The notes beneath the pieces were generated by a model. It saw only the letters and a list, made by a program, of their open reading frames with translations, did not search any database and was not told the origin of the DNA. A stretch of 17,982 bases of DNA, taken from an uncultured archaeon. Lineage in GTDB: Archaea; Asgardarchaeota; Thorarchaeia; Thorarchaeales; Thorarchaeaceae. The stretch covers positions 1-17,982 of the forward strand of contig CAZPWM010000012.1 of the NCBI GenBank assembly GCA_964590575.1, in the 5' to 3' direction. Below are positions 9,191 through 16,681 of the stretch, piece by piece. The position numbers and the translations under genes were made by a program. How positions within the stretch are numbered: position 1 is the stretch's first letter; each line of letters starts with the position of its first letter.

Positions 9191-9251
9191 CAATAATCAT
9201 CTCCAATGACATCCCGTTGTAATTAGTGAATGAAAAGCCTTCTGGATTTAC

Positions 9252-9917
9252 CTATTGATTGATTTTCAACAGTTCTAATTTCATACTCGATGCTAGTTTC
9301 TCTTGGACGCCCAAGTCTCCAACTGTACTTGCATCATGCGAATCGCTTCCAAGTGAGAAAACACATCCACATGACTTTGCGATTTCGAGGAACTCAATAT
9401 GCTCAACAGAGTATCTCCCATTCAGCTCAATAGCTACTCCTGTATCCGCGAGTGCTTCAGCCGCAATCCTCCCATCCTCATCTCGATATGAGGAGAGATA
9501 CCCGTCCCAGTGTCCAAGAATCTGGAACTCCTTTCTTCTTAACGCCTTGACCAAAGCTGATACCCATCTTGTGGAGTCCGTGAACCAATGAAAGGATCCT
9601 ATGACAAGGTCGAACTGCTCAAGGCCTCCTGCTACAGGTGCCAATTCCCCATTTGATTGAATATCAACCTCTGCAGCATCGAGAATAACAATTTCAGGGA
9701 AATCGTCTTGACATGTTGCAATCTCATGACGTCTCTGTTCGATGAGGTTTATTCCGCCTTTTCGAGACCCCATGGATGGCCAAAAGTGGTCTGCAATTGC
9801 TATAGTTTTAAGTTTTAGAGATGAAGCTCTTTGGACAATCTCCTCTATACTAGATGCACCATCTGAATATCTAGAATGTATATGTAAATCCTCGAGACCG
9901 CTTGTCATTTCAATCAT
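9252..9917 (-). CDS. PHP-domain metallo-phosphoesterase (YcdX/HisPPase-like)
   Basis: [31 protein letters not shown] and LGSDSH motifs. Confidence 0.9.
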   Translation of the reverse strand: MIEMTSGLEDLHIHSRYSDGASSIEEIVQRASSLKLKTIAIADHFWPSMGSRKGGINLIEQRRHEIATCQDDFPEIVILDAAEVDIQSNGELAPVAGGLEQFDLVIGSFHWFTDSTRWVSALVKALRRKEFQILGHWDGYLSSYRDEDGRIAAEALADTGVAIELNGRYSVEHIEFLEIAKSCGCVFSLGSDSHDASTVGDLGVQEKLASSMKLELLKINQ

Positions 9918-10028
9918 AAGACTTTGTATGTCAATTTAACTCAACCTCTCGTCCCCTAACTGTTCCATTATTTTGGGGGTGCTAATAAATGTAAAAACAG
10001 GACTAATACTCAGGAGCGATGGGGTGAA

Positions 10029-11270
10029 TTGTCGGATAAGCTGTTACTCGTAGTACGTTGTGCAAAAGTTCCCACAAAGAACTACCACTTCATTTTCAAG
10101 ACGCCTGCAGACGAGGGCAGTGAATTCTTCTTCAGAAAATCAGACCTGAAGTGGGTTGAAGAAATAGAACAACCAGTTCGAATCGATATCAGTTCGAACT
10201 GGTTAGAGCATGTGGACCTGAGCCCATTAGCAGCCTGTGAGAACTTGGAATATCTGAGCCTTGCTGTGAACAAACTAAAGACAATCGACCTAAACCCACT
10301 CCAGAACTGCAAAAAACTTCGCCATCTGGACCTGTTTCACAACAAATTTACTGACATAGACCTAACACCACTTGCAGGATGTGAGAACCTTGTCTATCTC
10401 TACCTTCAAGAGAACATGTTTACGAAGGTCAACATTGCACCTCTTTTCCAACTAGAACACCTGACAACTGCCGTAATTCAACTCAACAGTGGAGGAAATC
10501 TACCAAAGATAGTCATTGACTCTTTCATGAGTAATCTGCCTCCAAACCTCAATGACATCCTTTTTTCGTTCTTCACGGGACGGAGAGCTGGCATAACCCC
10601 TGATTGGCTCTATAACAAGGATAGAGATATCGAGTACTCACCTAAGCCATACAGAGAGCTCGTGAAACAATTCGGATGGAGCGGAGTGAAAGAGCATTTG
10701 TTGGCGTTATCAAAGAAATTCAAAATTGGGGTTGAATTTGCTGCTCAGAAAATACTCTTGGACGCATTTGGAATGCCCGAACTTTCCTGTTATGATGGCC
10801 GAGTGGGAGATATTGTGAAATTTTTGCCAACTTGTGGAAGCTACGAGAAAGGAGTTCAGCAGCTCTACTCTCGGATGGTTGATCTTTTGGAGGGTCAACT
10901 AGAGAGAGGTGGAAGTACCCTTTACTTTGACCTAGAAGCTCTTTCAACAACACCTGGCAGTGTTCTGCTTCCATCTGTCCTTTCACGTCGAGAGGCTGAG
11001 TTGAAGGAACTGATTCTATTTGATAGGGCTGGACAGGTTGACCTATTGCCTCTTTGGCTTACAGGTTATGGTCACAAAATCCTTACCGCATTAGGGCTCA
11101 AACGATATGTGTCCAAATCCAGACTGTCTGAGATCAATAATGCACTAAAAAGCATCAACCATCATCTTTCAATTGAGAAAATCCTTCACGATTCTCGAGA
11201 AAATATGACACAAGATCTCAAAGCCGGTCATGCAATTCAGAGTTATATTCGTCAGACTGTAGCTGCGTGA
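10029..11270 (+). CDS. Leucine-rich-repeat protein with uncharacterised C-terminal domain
   Basis: About four 24-aa LRRs (N.L..IDL.PL..C.NL.YL.L..N) in the N-terminal third. No signal peptide or TM. The TTG start is uncertain. Confidence 0.85.
   Translation: MSDKLLLVVRCAKVPTKNYHFIFKTPADEGSEFFFRKSDLKWVEEIEQPVRIDISSNWLEHVDLSPLAACENLEYLSLAVNKLKTIDLNPLQNCKKLRHLDLFHNKFTDIDLTPLAGCENLVYLYLQENMFTKVNIAPLFQLEHLTTAVIQLNSGGNLPKIVIDSFMSNLPPNLNDILFSFFTGRRAGITPDWLYNKDRDIEYSPKPYRELVKQFGWSGVKEHLLALSKKFKIGVEFAAQKILLDAFGMPELSCYDGRVGDIVKFLPTCGSYEKGVQQLYSRMVDLLEGQLERGGSTLYFDLEALSTTPGSVLLPSVLSRREAELKELILFDRAGQVDLLPLWLTGYGHKILTALGLKRYVSKSRLSEINNALKSINHHLSIEKILHDSRENMTQDLKAGHAIQSYIRQTVAA
10197..10470 (+). repeat. 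Coding repeat with 72-bp period (LRR units)
   Basis: GACCT(G/A)A..CCA(C/T)T recurs every 72 nt, and gcagcctgtgagaacttg / gcaggatgtgagaaccttg lie 144 nt apart. Confidence 0.75.
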
Positions 11271-11329
11271 CGAAGCAATCATCAAGCAGCGTTCAGTTAG
11301 GAACGCATAAATCATGCCGTCGAAGCTTT

Positions 11330-11354
11330 TTGAATAGGTTTTCAAGACCTTAAA
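11330..11354 (+). promoter_or_regulatory. Inverted repeat TTGAA-N6-TTCAA next to a TATA-like CTTAAA upstream of the Lrp gene
   Basis: TTGAA(11330-34) taggtt TTCAA(11341-45), then CTTAAA (11349-54) about 23 nt before GTG 11377. This fits a near-leaderless promoter with an operator over the BRE. Confidence 0.35.
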
Positions 11355-11376
11355 TGATTGTTGAGCTCGCGAGGAT

Positions 11377-12288
11377 GTGCATAGCTTGGACGAACTAGAC
11401 AAGAAGATACTGATCGACCTGCAACGCAACTGCAGAGTCAGTTATCAAGAACTCTCTCGCAAGTATGGTATATCTGCCAATGCAATACGACGTCGTATCT
11501 TGAACTTGGAGGAATCAGGTGTCATAGCTGGATACTCGATAGCTCTATCCCCAGCAATGACCGGTACTGATTTCTTGTTCGGCATTCTATCAACCGATGG
11601 CTCCAGAGATGAAGTAGAGATGGTTGCAGCTATTGGAGCTAGTAGAAATATCATTGCAGCAGCAGCGTACACGGATGGAAACTACGCACTTGTGGCCGAG
11701 TACCACGGTCCACAGGAATTACATGAAGTAGGGACATTTCTTCGGACTTTGGCGAGCGTTGAGAAGGCCGAGCTTCACACGTTCATTGGAAGCTGGGGTT
11801 CGGAGATGAAACTCACGAAAACGCATCTACGAGTTCTCAAACCTCTCCTTGATGACCCCCGGCTTCCTATCGTTGATATTGCACAGAAGACAGGACTGAC
11901 CGCACGAAGGGTCAGGAGACTGATCCGTGAGCTAGAAGAAAATGACGTACTTCGTTTTACAGCACTACCCGAACTTGGGGCTGCTACAAGTTTGCCTTTC
12001 ATTATTCGAATCCTCTGGGATGAGAGGAATGCTACTTACTCAACAATCACTGACTGGTTATTCAAAGAATATTCCCTCCAACATTGGGAGACCTATGTGT
12101 CCGCTTCAGAGCCAGTGATCTACTCTCTCCTAGTGGCTGATGACATCACAAACCTCACCGAGACCGTTCGTTCTATTAGACAGAACAAGCACGTCACCAG
12201 TGTAAAAGTCATGATTGCTGGATATCACCAGTTTTTCTCCAGCCTACGACGTGAGAAGTTCATCAAGATGGTGAAAGAGCTGAAATAA
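11377..12288 (+). CDS. Tandem (double-domain) Lrp/AsnC-family transcriptional regulator
   Basis: Two AsnC HTHs, LDELDKKILIDLQRNCRVSYQELSRKYGISANAIRRRILNLEESGVI and LTKTHLRVLKPLLDDPRLPIVDIAQKTGLTARRVRRLIRELEENDVL, each followed by a RAM-like alpha/beta region. The start is GTG 11377 or TTG 11386. Confidence 0.88.
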   Translation: MHSLDELDKKILIDLQRNCRVSYQELSRKYGISANAIRRRILNLEESGVIAGYSIALSPAMTGTDFLFGILSTDGSRDEVEMVAAIGASRNIIAAAAYTDGNYALVAEYHGPQELHEVGTFLRTLASVEKAELHTFIGSWGSEMKLTKTHLRVLKPLLDDPRLPIVDIAQKTGLTARRVRRLIRELEENDVLRFTALPELGAATSLPFIIRILWDERNATYSTITDWLFKEYSLQHWETYVSASEPVIYSLLVADDITNLTETVRSIRQNKHVTSVKVMIAGYHQFFSSLRREKFIKMVKELK

Positions 12289-12298
12289 CACTGATGTA

Positions 12299-12332
12299 TC
12301 CTGAACTCGTATCTGATACTTCGGGTTCAGGA
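12299..12332 (+). terminator. Stem-loop downstream of the Lrp gene (possible terminator/3' structure)
   Basis: TCCTGAACTCG (12299-12309) pairs with CGGGTTCAGGA (12322-12332), 11 bp with one G-U, starting 10 nt after the stop. There is no strong U tract. Confidence 0.5.
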
Positions 12333-12349
12333 GCTACCTGTTCTTGTGC

Positions 12350-12460
12350 TACGTTTGGCATCTATTGTTACGTTTGGCGTTCATCAAACAATATATAAGG
12401 AAATAAGTTCTAGTTTGATATGTGTCAAACGTTTGGTAAGTAACAAGCCTAACGTTTGCC
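12350..12460. promoter_or_regulatory. Operator-like array: four ACGTTTG boxes flanking a TATA-like element
   Basis: TACGTTTGGC at 12350 and 12369; CAAACGTTTG perfect palindrome at 12426-12435; AACGTTTGCC at 12451; GTTTGA-N6-TCAAAC at 12413-12430; ATATATAA at 12391-12398. Confidence 0.6.
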
Positions 12461-12481
12461 AACAATAATTTGGTGTATATA

Positions 12482-13390
12482 ATGTCTACAACTTTCGGAA
12501 CCATTCTCGACGACATGAAAACTAGCACCAAGCTTGCTTGGAAGAGCATGCTTAGCTACTTCCTTGCGAACTTGGGCATGTTAATTGTCATGGCGATCCT
12601 TATTGGAGTCGTCGCAATCCCCGTGCTATTAGTAGCATTGGTTACTTTCGCGCCATTCACAGACGCCACAATGACTGCTCTAGCTACCTGGGCTACAGCT
12701 AATCCTCTCCTCGTAGGAAGCATCGGTGTTCTTGTACTAATCCCGGTCATCTCACTGTTCTTGGTTGTCAGCGGCGCTATCTACGGAATGAGTCATGATC
12801 TCGTCACCAAGGGAGAGACCAAGGCCGAGCTAGCATTCTCTTACTTCCGTCACAAGTTCCTATCCTTCGCTGGCACTGGTGCAATTCTCACTATCATAGT
12901 CATAATCCCTCCTGTTATCGCTTGGGGTCTCACATCATATGCGATGGGGTACACTATCACTGCTCCAGTCACCTATCTCCTCACAGTACTCACATTCGTG
13001 TGGGTATACCTGACTGCTGGACTGACCTCGTTGGTCTGGCCTGCTGTCGCTAGCGGTAAGGGTGTCCAAGACGCCTTCAAGGAGTCATTCTCTCTATCCC
13101 GCCAGTACTTTGATCGTGTGTACGGTGTCTTGACAGCTATTGTGCTTCTACTAGCCGCCACCTTCGGTCCCATAATCATAGCAGCTTTTGCTATGTTCCC
13201 GTTCGTTCCACCGGTCACGTTTGCATTCCTCCCCGCCTTGGTGGGTGTTTTGATCTACACTGTGATCATGGTGTTCCTCTGGCTCCTCCTGTTCTTGCCT
13301 ATGGTAAGAATTGCTTGGGTCAAGGTCTACCAGGAACTCACTGGTGGAAAGATTGCAACACAGAGTGTTGTCGATATGCCTATCGTGTAG
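12482..13390 (+). CDS. Polytopic membrane protein (DUF975/YciC/GPDPase-membrane-domain-like), paralog A
   Basis: About 6-7 TM segments and the motif PAVASGKGVQDAFKESFSLSRQYFDRVYG. ATG 12482 has GGTG upstream and is preferred over TTG 12470. Confidence 0.75.
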   Translation: MSTTFGTILDDMKTSTKLAWKSMLSYFLANLGMLIVMAILIGVVAIPVLLVALVTFAPFTDATMTALATWATANPLLVGSIGVLVLIPVISLFLVVSGAIYGMSHDLVTKGETKAELAFSYFRHKFLSFAGTGAILTIIVIIPPVIAWGLTSYAMGYTITAPVTYLLTVLTFVWVYLTAGLTSLVWPAVASGKGVQDAFKESFSLSRQYFDRVYGVLTAIVLLLAATFGPIIIAAFAMFPFVPPVTFAFLPALVGVLIYTVIMVFLWLLLFLPMVRIAWVKVYQELTGGKIATQSVVDMPIV

Positions 13391-13403
13391 GTGTGATGAA
13401 CAT

Positions 13404-13441
13404 GGAGGGTGCCTTAAAGGACAACTTTCAAGACACCCTCC
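13404..13441 (+). terminator. Intercistronic GC-rich hairpin (terminator/attenuator or processing/stability element)
   Basis: GGAGGGTG (13404-11) pairs with CACCCTCC (13434-41), extended by CTT/AAG and AAAG/CTTT around a GACAA loop. A T-rich stretch, TTCTATCTATTT, follows. Confidence 0.6.
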
Positions 13442-13467
13442 TTCTATCTATTTCAAGGTGAAAAACA

Positions 13468-14418
13468 ATGAAAAACGCAAGCTTTCAAACGCTGTTTGAA
13501 GATCTAAAAATCAGCATCAGGTTTGCACTCAGAAATGTGATTACTTACATACTTGCGATAATTGGAGTCTTCCTGGTCACGATTATATTGATAGCGATTG
13601 TCGCTGCATTTGTCTTTGTACCAATAGTACTGACCCCTGAGAGTCTGGACGCCTTCACAATCTGGGCTGAGTCTTTCAATGAATGGTCTACTGCTGGTGG
13701 AGTGACAATTGCCACCGGTATCTTCCTGATTGCGCTACCTTTTGTTGCTCCGTTCTTCGTAGCTACAGGTGCACTCTTTGGAATGGCTCGTGAGATTGCA
13801 GAGAGTGAAGGCACTTCCGCAGAGGGCGTCTTCACATGGTACAAGAGGAAGTTCTTCTCACTAGCTGGTGGTGGGATCATGCTGTTTCTGTTTATCCTTG
13901 GACCTGTTATGCTAGTAATCTTTGGAGCAGTAGCTCTGTTTGGAGAACAGATTCTCAATGTCGCATTCATAGGTGTTGGATCGACCTCTCTAATGAATCC
14001 CCTAATTTCAGCTCTCGGTGTAATCTGGTTCTTGTTGAGCTCTGGACTTATGGTGATGCTGTTTCCTGCTATAATCGATGGCTACTCTGTCATTGAAGCA
14101 ACCAAGAAATCCATCCGAATGGGCATTCAATACTTCGACCGAATATTCGGTATTTGGCTTGCCTATATTCTACTATTACTTGCCCTTGTAGCACCATTAG
14201 CGTTAATGGCTATCCCTGGTTTGTGGGGACCTCCTCTTCTCGCTCTCGTTCCCTTGGGGATATATGGTGTTATAATGGCTATCTTCGTAGCTTTTGTTCT
14301 ACTACCAGCAATTTCAATCGGTCTCACAAGGGTGTACATGATACTAACCGCAGATGATGAAGATTACATTGTTCAAGAGGAAAATGAGGGTGGTCCAAGC
14401 TTTATAGGAGGATTATAA
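13468..14418 (+). CDS. Polytopic membrane protein, paralog B of 12482..13390
   Basis: Aligns by eye over the whole length with paralog A (e.g. PAIIDGYSVIEATKKSIRMGIQYFDRIFG). It has an acidic C-terminal tail and a GGTGA RBS. Confidence 0.8.
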   Translation: MKNASFQTLFEDLKISIRFALRNVITYILAIIGVFLVTIILIAIVAAFVFVPIVLTPESLDAFTIWAESFNEWSTAGGVTIATGIFLIALPFVAPFFVATGALFGMAREIAESEGTSAEGVFTWYKRKFFSLAGGGIMLFLFILGPVMLVIFGAVALFGEQILNVAFIGVGSTSLMNPLISALGVIWFLLSSGLMVMLFPAIIDGYSVIEATKKSIRMGIQYFDRIFGIWLAYILLLLALVAPLALMAIPGLWGPPLLALVPLGIYGVIMAIFVAFVLLPAISIGLTRVYMILTADDEDYIVQEENEGGPSFIGGL

Positions 14419-14420
14419 AC

Positions 14421-15047
14421 ATGAGTGGCTCCAAGAAACGAAAACAACCAATCAAAGACATGGAAGTCATTGAAGACAAGAATCAAATCAAACTACTAAT
14501 GGAGCCAACCCGAGCAAAGATTGTATTCGACTATCTCGTGAGAGACTCGATGACAGTCAAGCAACTCTCAGAAGTGACAGGTAAGAATCCTGGTACCATC
14601 CTTCATCATATTCAGAAGTTGAAGGAGGTTGGACTTGTCTTCGAAGAAAGAACAGAACAAACTCAGACTGGCATAGTCCAAAGGTATTACCGTGCGTCTG
14701 CACGTGAGTACAGGATGGGCATCAGTGAAATGATACAAGCCACTGGGGATGATACAACAAAACGCCTGAAGTCCATAATCAAAAGTCTCTCAGTCTTTGG
14801 CATTGATGTTCCAGAGGATCAGATTGGCGAGGCTGTGGAACTACTGACGGCGTTGATAAATCGCGAGAATGATCTCAGTTCTCGCAATCTTATCGTGAAT
14901 GAGGTTGGTCTTGACAAACTACCATCCTCCGCACGAGGCGATGCTTCGCGAATCATGCGTCGCTTTGCTCTGGAAGAAGATTCGCAATATAGGGATCTTC
15001 GGAAAAACTGGCACGCTTTTCTAAGGTCTCACAGACAAGGTGTATGA
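14421..15047 (+). CDS. ArsR/HTH_20-like winged-helix transcriptional regulator with C-terminal helical domain
   Basis: LLMEPTRAKIV...MTVKQLSEVTGKNPGTILHHIQKLKEVGLV...GIVQRYYRA. It starts 2 nt after the previous stop, with a GGAGGA RBS at 14407-14412. Confidence 0.85.
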   Translation: MSGSKKRKQPIKDMEVIEDKNQIKLLMEPTRAKIVFDYLVRDSMTVKQLSEVTGKNPGTILHHIQKLKEVGLVFEERTEQTQTGIVQRYYRASAREYRMGISEMIQATGDDTTKRLKSIIKSLSVFGIDVPEDQIGEAVELLTALINRENDLSSRNLIVNEVGLDKLPSSARGDASRIMRRFALEEDSQYRDLRKNWHAFLRSHRQGV

Positions 15048-15048
15048 A

Positions 15049-15801
15049 ATGAGTAACTATCAAAGAAACACAAGTGTGGTTGTTTGTATATTCGCAGTTA
15101 TAGTCGTGGGCGCTATCGCTGTAGGGGCATTATCCTACTATGGCACTTCATGGTTTAACTGGAGTTCAGCAAGTACCGACTTCTCCTTCGATGCAGAAGT
15201 CGGAGCCACCACCGGTATAGTAACCTTGGACCTCCACCTCTCAGCAGGTGGGGTTTCAATAACATTTGTCGATAATGCTACACTATTGTATGATATCGAG
15301 ATCGAAGTTCGGAACACCACATTAAATACTGACGGCGACCCCACGGTCACTTTTACGAGCAACACAATTGGGCTTGACTATACCGCCGCTGGTGTGAACA
15401 TCACTCTAGGAAGTGGTGTGAACTACACCTTGGATGTTCATGTTGCAACTGGTGGTATTGATGTTGAACTGATTGATGGTGCACATGTTGGTGATATCAC
15501 ATTATCTGCAGAAACTGGTGGAATCTCCCTAGTGATGACCGATGATGTTATCCTACTCGGAAATGCCACTTTTAATCTGGACACTACAACTGGTGGTATT
15601 ACAGCTGTAGTGGATGTTCCCGCAGGAATCGGAGGCAGTGTGGAATGTGCTACTGGAATTGGTGGTGTATCAATCACTGCAGCTGGCTGGACCCAGATCA
15701 CCTCTAATCATTACGAGACATCGGACTACAATACTGCATCACAGACATTGACTGTCTTAGTTCAAACAGATACTGGTGGTATCACAGCCGTCTTCACATA
15801 G
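15049..15801 (+). CDS. N-terminally anchored extracellular beta-strand-repeat protein (DUF4097/Toastrack/LiaG-like)
   Basis: A single N-terminal TM is followed by about seven 'l.l...tGGI.v' repeats (LSAGGVSIT, VATGGIDVE, AETGGISLV, TTTGGITAV, TGIGGVSIT, TDTGGITAV). ATG 15049 is 1 nt after the upstream stop, with an AGGTG RBS. Confidence 0.7.
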   Translation: MSNYQRNTSVVVCIFAVIVVGAIAVGALSYYGTSWFNWSSASTDFSFDAEVGATTGIVTLDLHLSAGGVSITFVDNATLLYDIEIEVRNTTLNTDGDPTVTFTSNTIGLDYTAAGVNITLGSGVNYTLDVHVATGGIDVELIDGAHVGDITLSAETGGISLVMTDDVILLGNATFNLDTTTGGITAVVDVPAGIGGSVECATGIGGVSITAAGWTQITSNHYETSDYNTASQTLTVLVQTDTGGITAVFT

Positions 15802-15810
15802 TATCAACTA

Positions 15811-15844
15811 AGAAGGGGGGTCTCCCCTCTTCTCTCCTCTTTTT
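15811..15844 (+). terminator. Intrinsic-terminator-like hairpin plus pyrimidine/T tract closing the operon
   Basis: AGAAGGGGGG-tct-CCCCTCTTCT (10 bp, one G-U) followed by CTCCTCTTTTT, starting 9 nt after the stop codon. Confidence 0.7.
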
Positions 15845-15906
15845 AATGCTCGATGAATTAATAGGCTCTAGTGATAACATCCCTCTTGTTCTTCGGAGGG
15901 TTAGAT

Positions 15907-16527
15907 TTGGATTCATCAGAGGACAACGAGCACAGCGGTATAGAATGGTCTGATCTCACACCATCTGCATCTGATAGACATCAGGACTATGTTTTCATTG
16001 CTCATTTCATTCTGGCAATCATCATATCCATACTAAGTCTGTCTGGTGGATTAGTTCAATGGGCTTATGGTACTGGTTTAGTGACTCCAATCCTGCTTTT
16101 TGCAACTGGCCTTATCTATGGGGTTGCACCCGGAATCAATTGGTACCGAGATGAGTTTATTCCTCACCTATGCAGAACGCGCATGATTCCAGACTTCGAA
16201 GTTGACAGGTTTCTGAAGTACAAACGAATGCAACGACGAACTGTTCTGTTAGCTGGATATCTAACTACAGCAATCAGTCAAGTTGTATGGTCGTGGATTA
16301 CTTCTCTTGGTGTTACAACAGACATCATCACGATTATTTTCATGTTGTCAATGCTTTTCGTTCTAATGATTGTGGTTTATCTCATAGTATTGTATGTCTG
16401 GCTCCTCTTTTTCGAATACTTGTTGAAATCGATATTCTCAGATGTAGACCATATCATCAAAATTGATGATGAGAGGGTTGCAGATTACCAAGCGAGAAAG
16501 AAAGAAGAAGAGGAAAAAGAGAACTAG
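15907..16527 (+). CDS. Hypothetical membrane protein (about 4 TM)
   Basis: Two pairs of hydrophobic helices separated by a polar loop, plus a charged tail. TTG 15907 has GGAGG at 15895-15899 and is preferred over GTG 15871. Ends TAG TAG. Confidence 0.7.
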   Translation: MDSSEDNEHSGIEWSDLTPSASDRHQDYVFIAHFILAIIISILSLSGGLVQWAYGTGLVTPILLFATGLIYGVAPGINWYRDEFIPHLCRTRMIPDFEVDRFLKYKRMQRRTVLLAGYLTTAISQVVWSWITSLGVTTDIITIIFMLSMLFVLMIVVYLIVLYVWLLFFEYLLKSIFSDVDHIIKIDDERVADYQARKKEEEEKEN

Positions 16528-16681
16528 TAGAATCTGCTCTTCTTTCTCCTCTACTCTCTCGATATCCTTCTTCTCTCTCTATTGAACCAATAATTTCTAT
16601 TGATACAAAAGATTCTCCTTAATTTTCAAGCAGGATAGTAAAAGTTATTCAGAACAATCCGTTGCTAGACATGAAACCAAA

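Noticed and set aside
12289-12345. Hairpin considered as a tRNA fragment, SECIS or other ncRNA
   Set aside because: There is no cloverleaf or SECIS-type GA quartet, and no gene here has an internal in-frame TGA.
12350-12460. Repeats considered as a mini-CRISPR array or replication-origin boxes
   Set aside because: The units are only 7-10 nt with irregular spacing (19, 59, 23), there are no cas or orc1/cdc6 genes nearby, and they lack the G-string of ORB elements. An operator array fits better.
214-15701. Numerous 60-140 aa alternative-frame and antisense ORFs in the ORF track
   Set aside because: They lie wholly or mostly within longer genes that have clear family motifs or TM patterns, and show no recognisable motifs themselves. 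They are shadow ORFs.
15799-15870. In-frame read-through from the beta-repeat gene into the 4-TM gene
   Set aside because: An in-frame TAA (15844-15846) and a terminator-like hairpin lie in the spacer.
1293-16530. Genome-wide TAG recoding
   Set aside because: No TAG interrupts a conserved domain, TAG falls at natural C-termini in seven genes, and one gene ends TAG TAG. The standard code explains everything.
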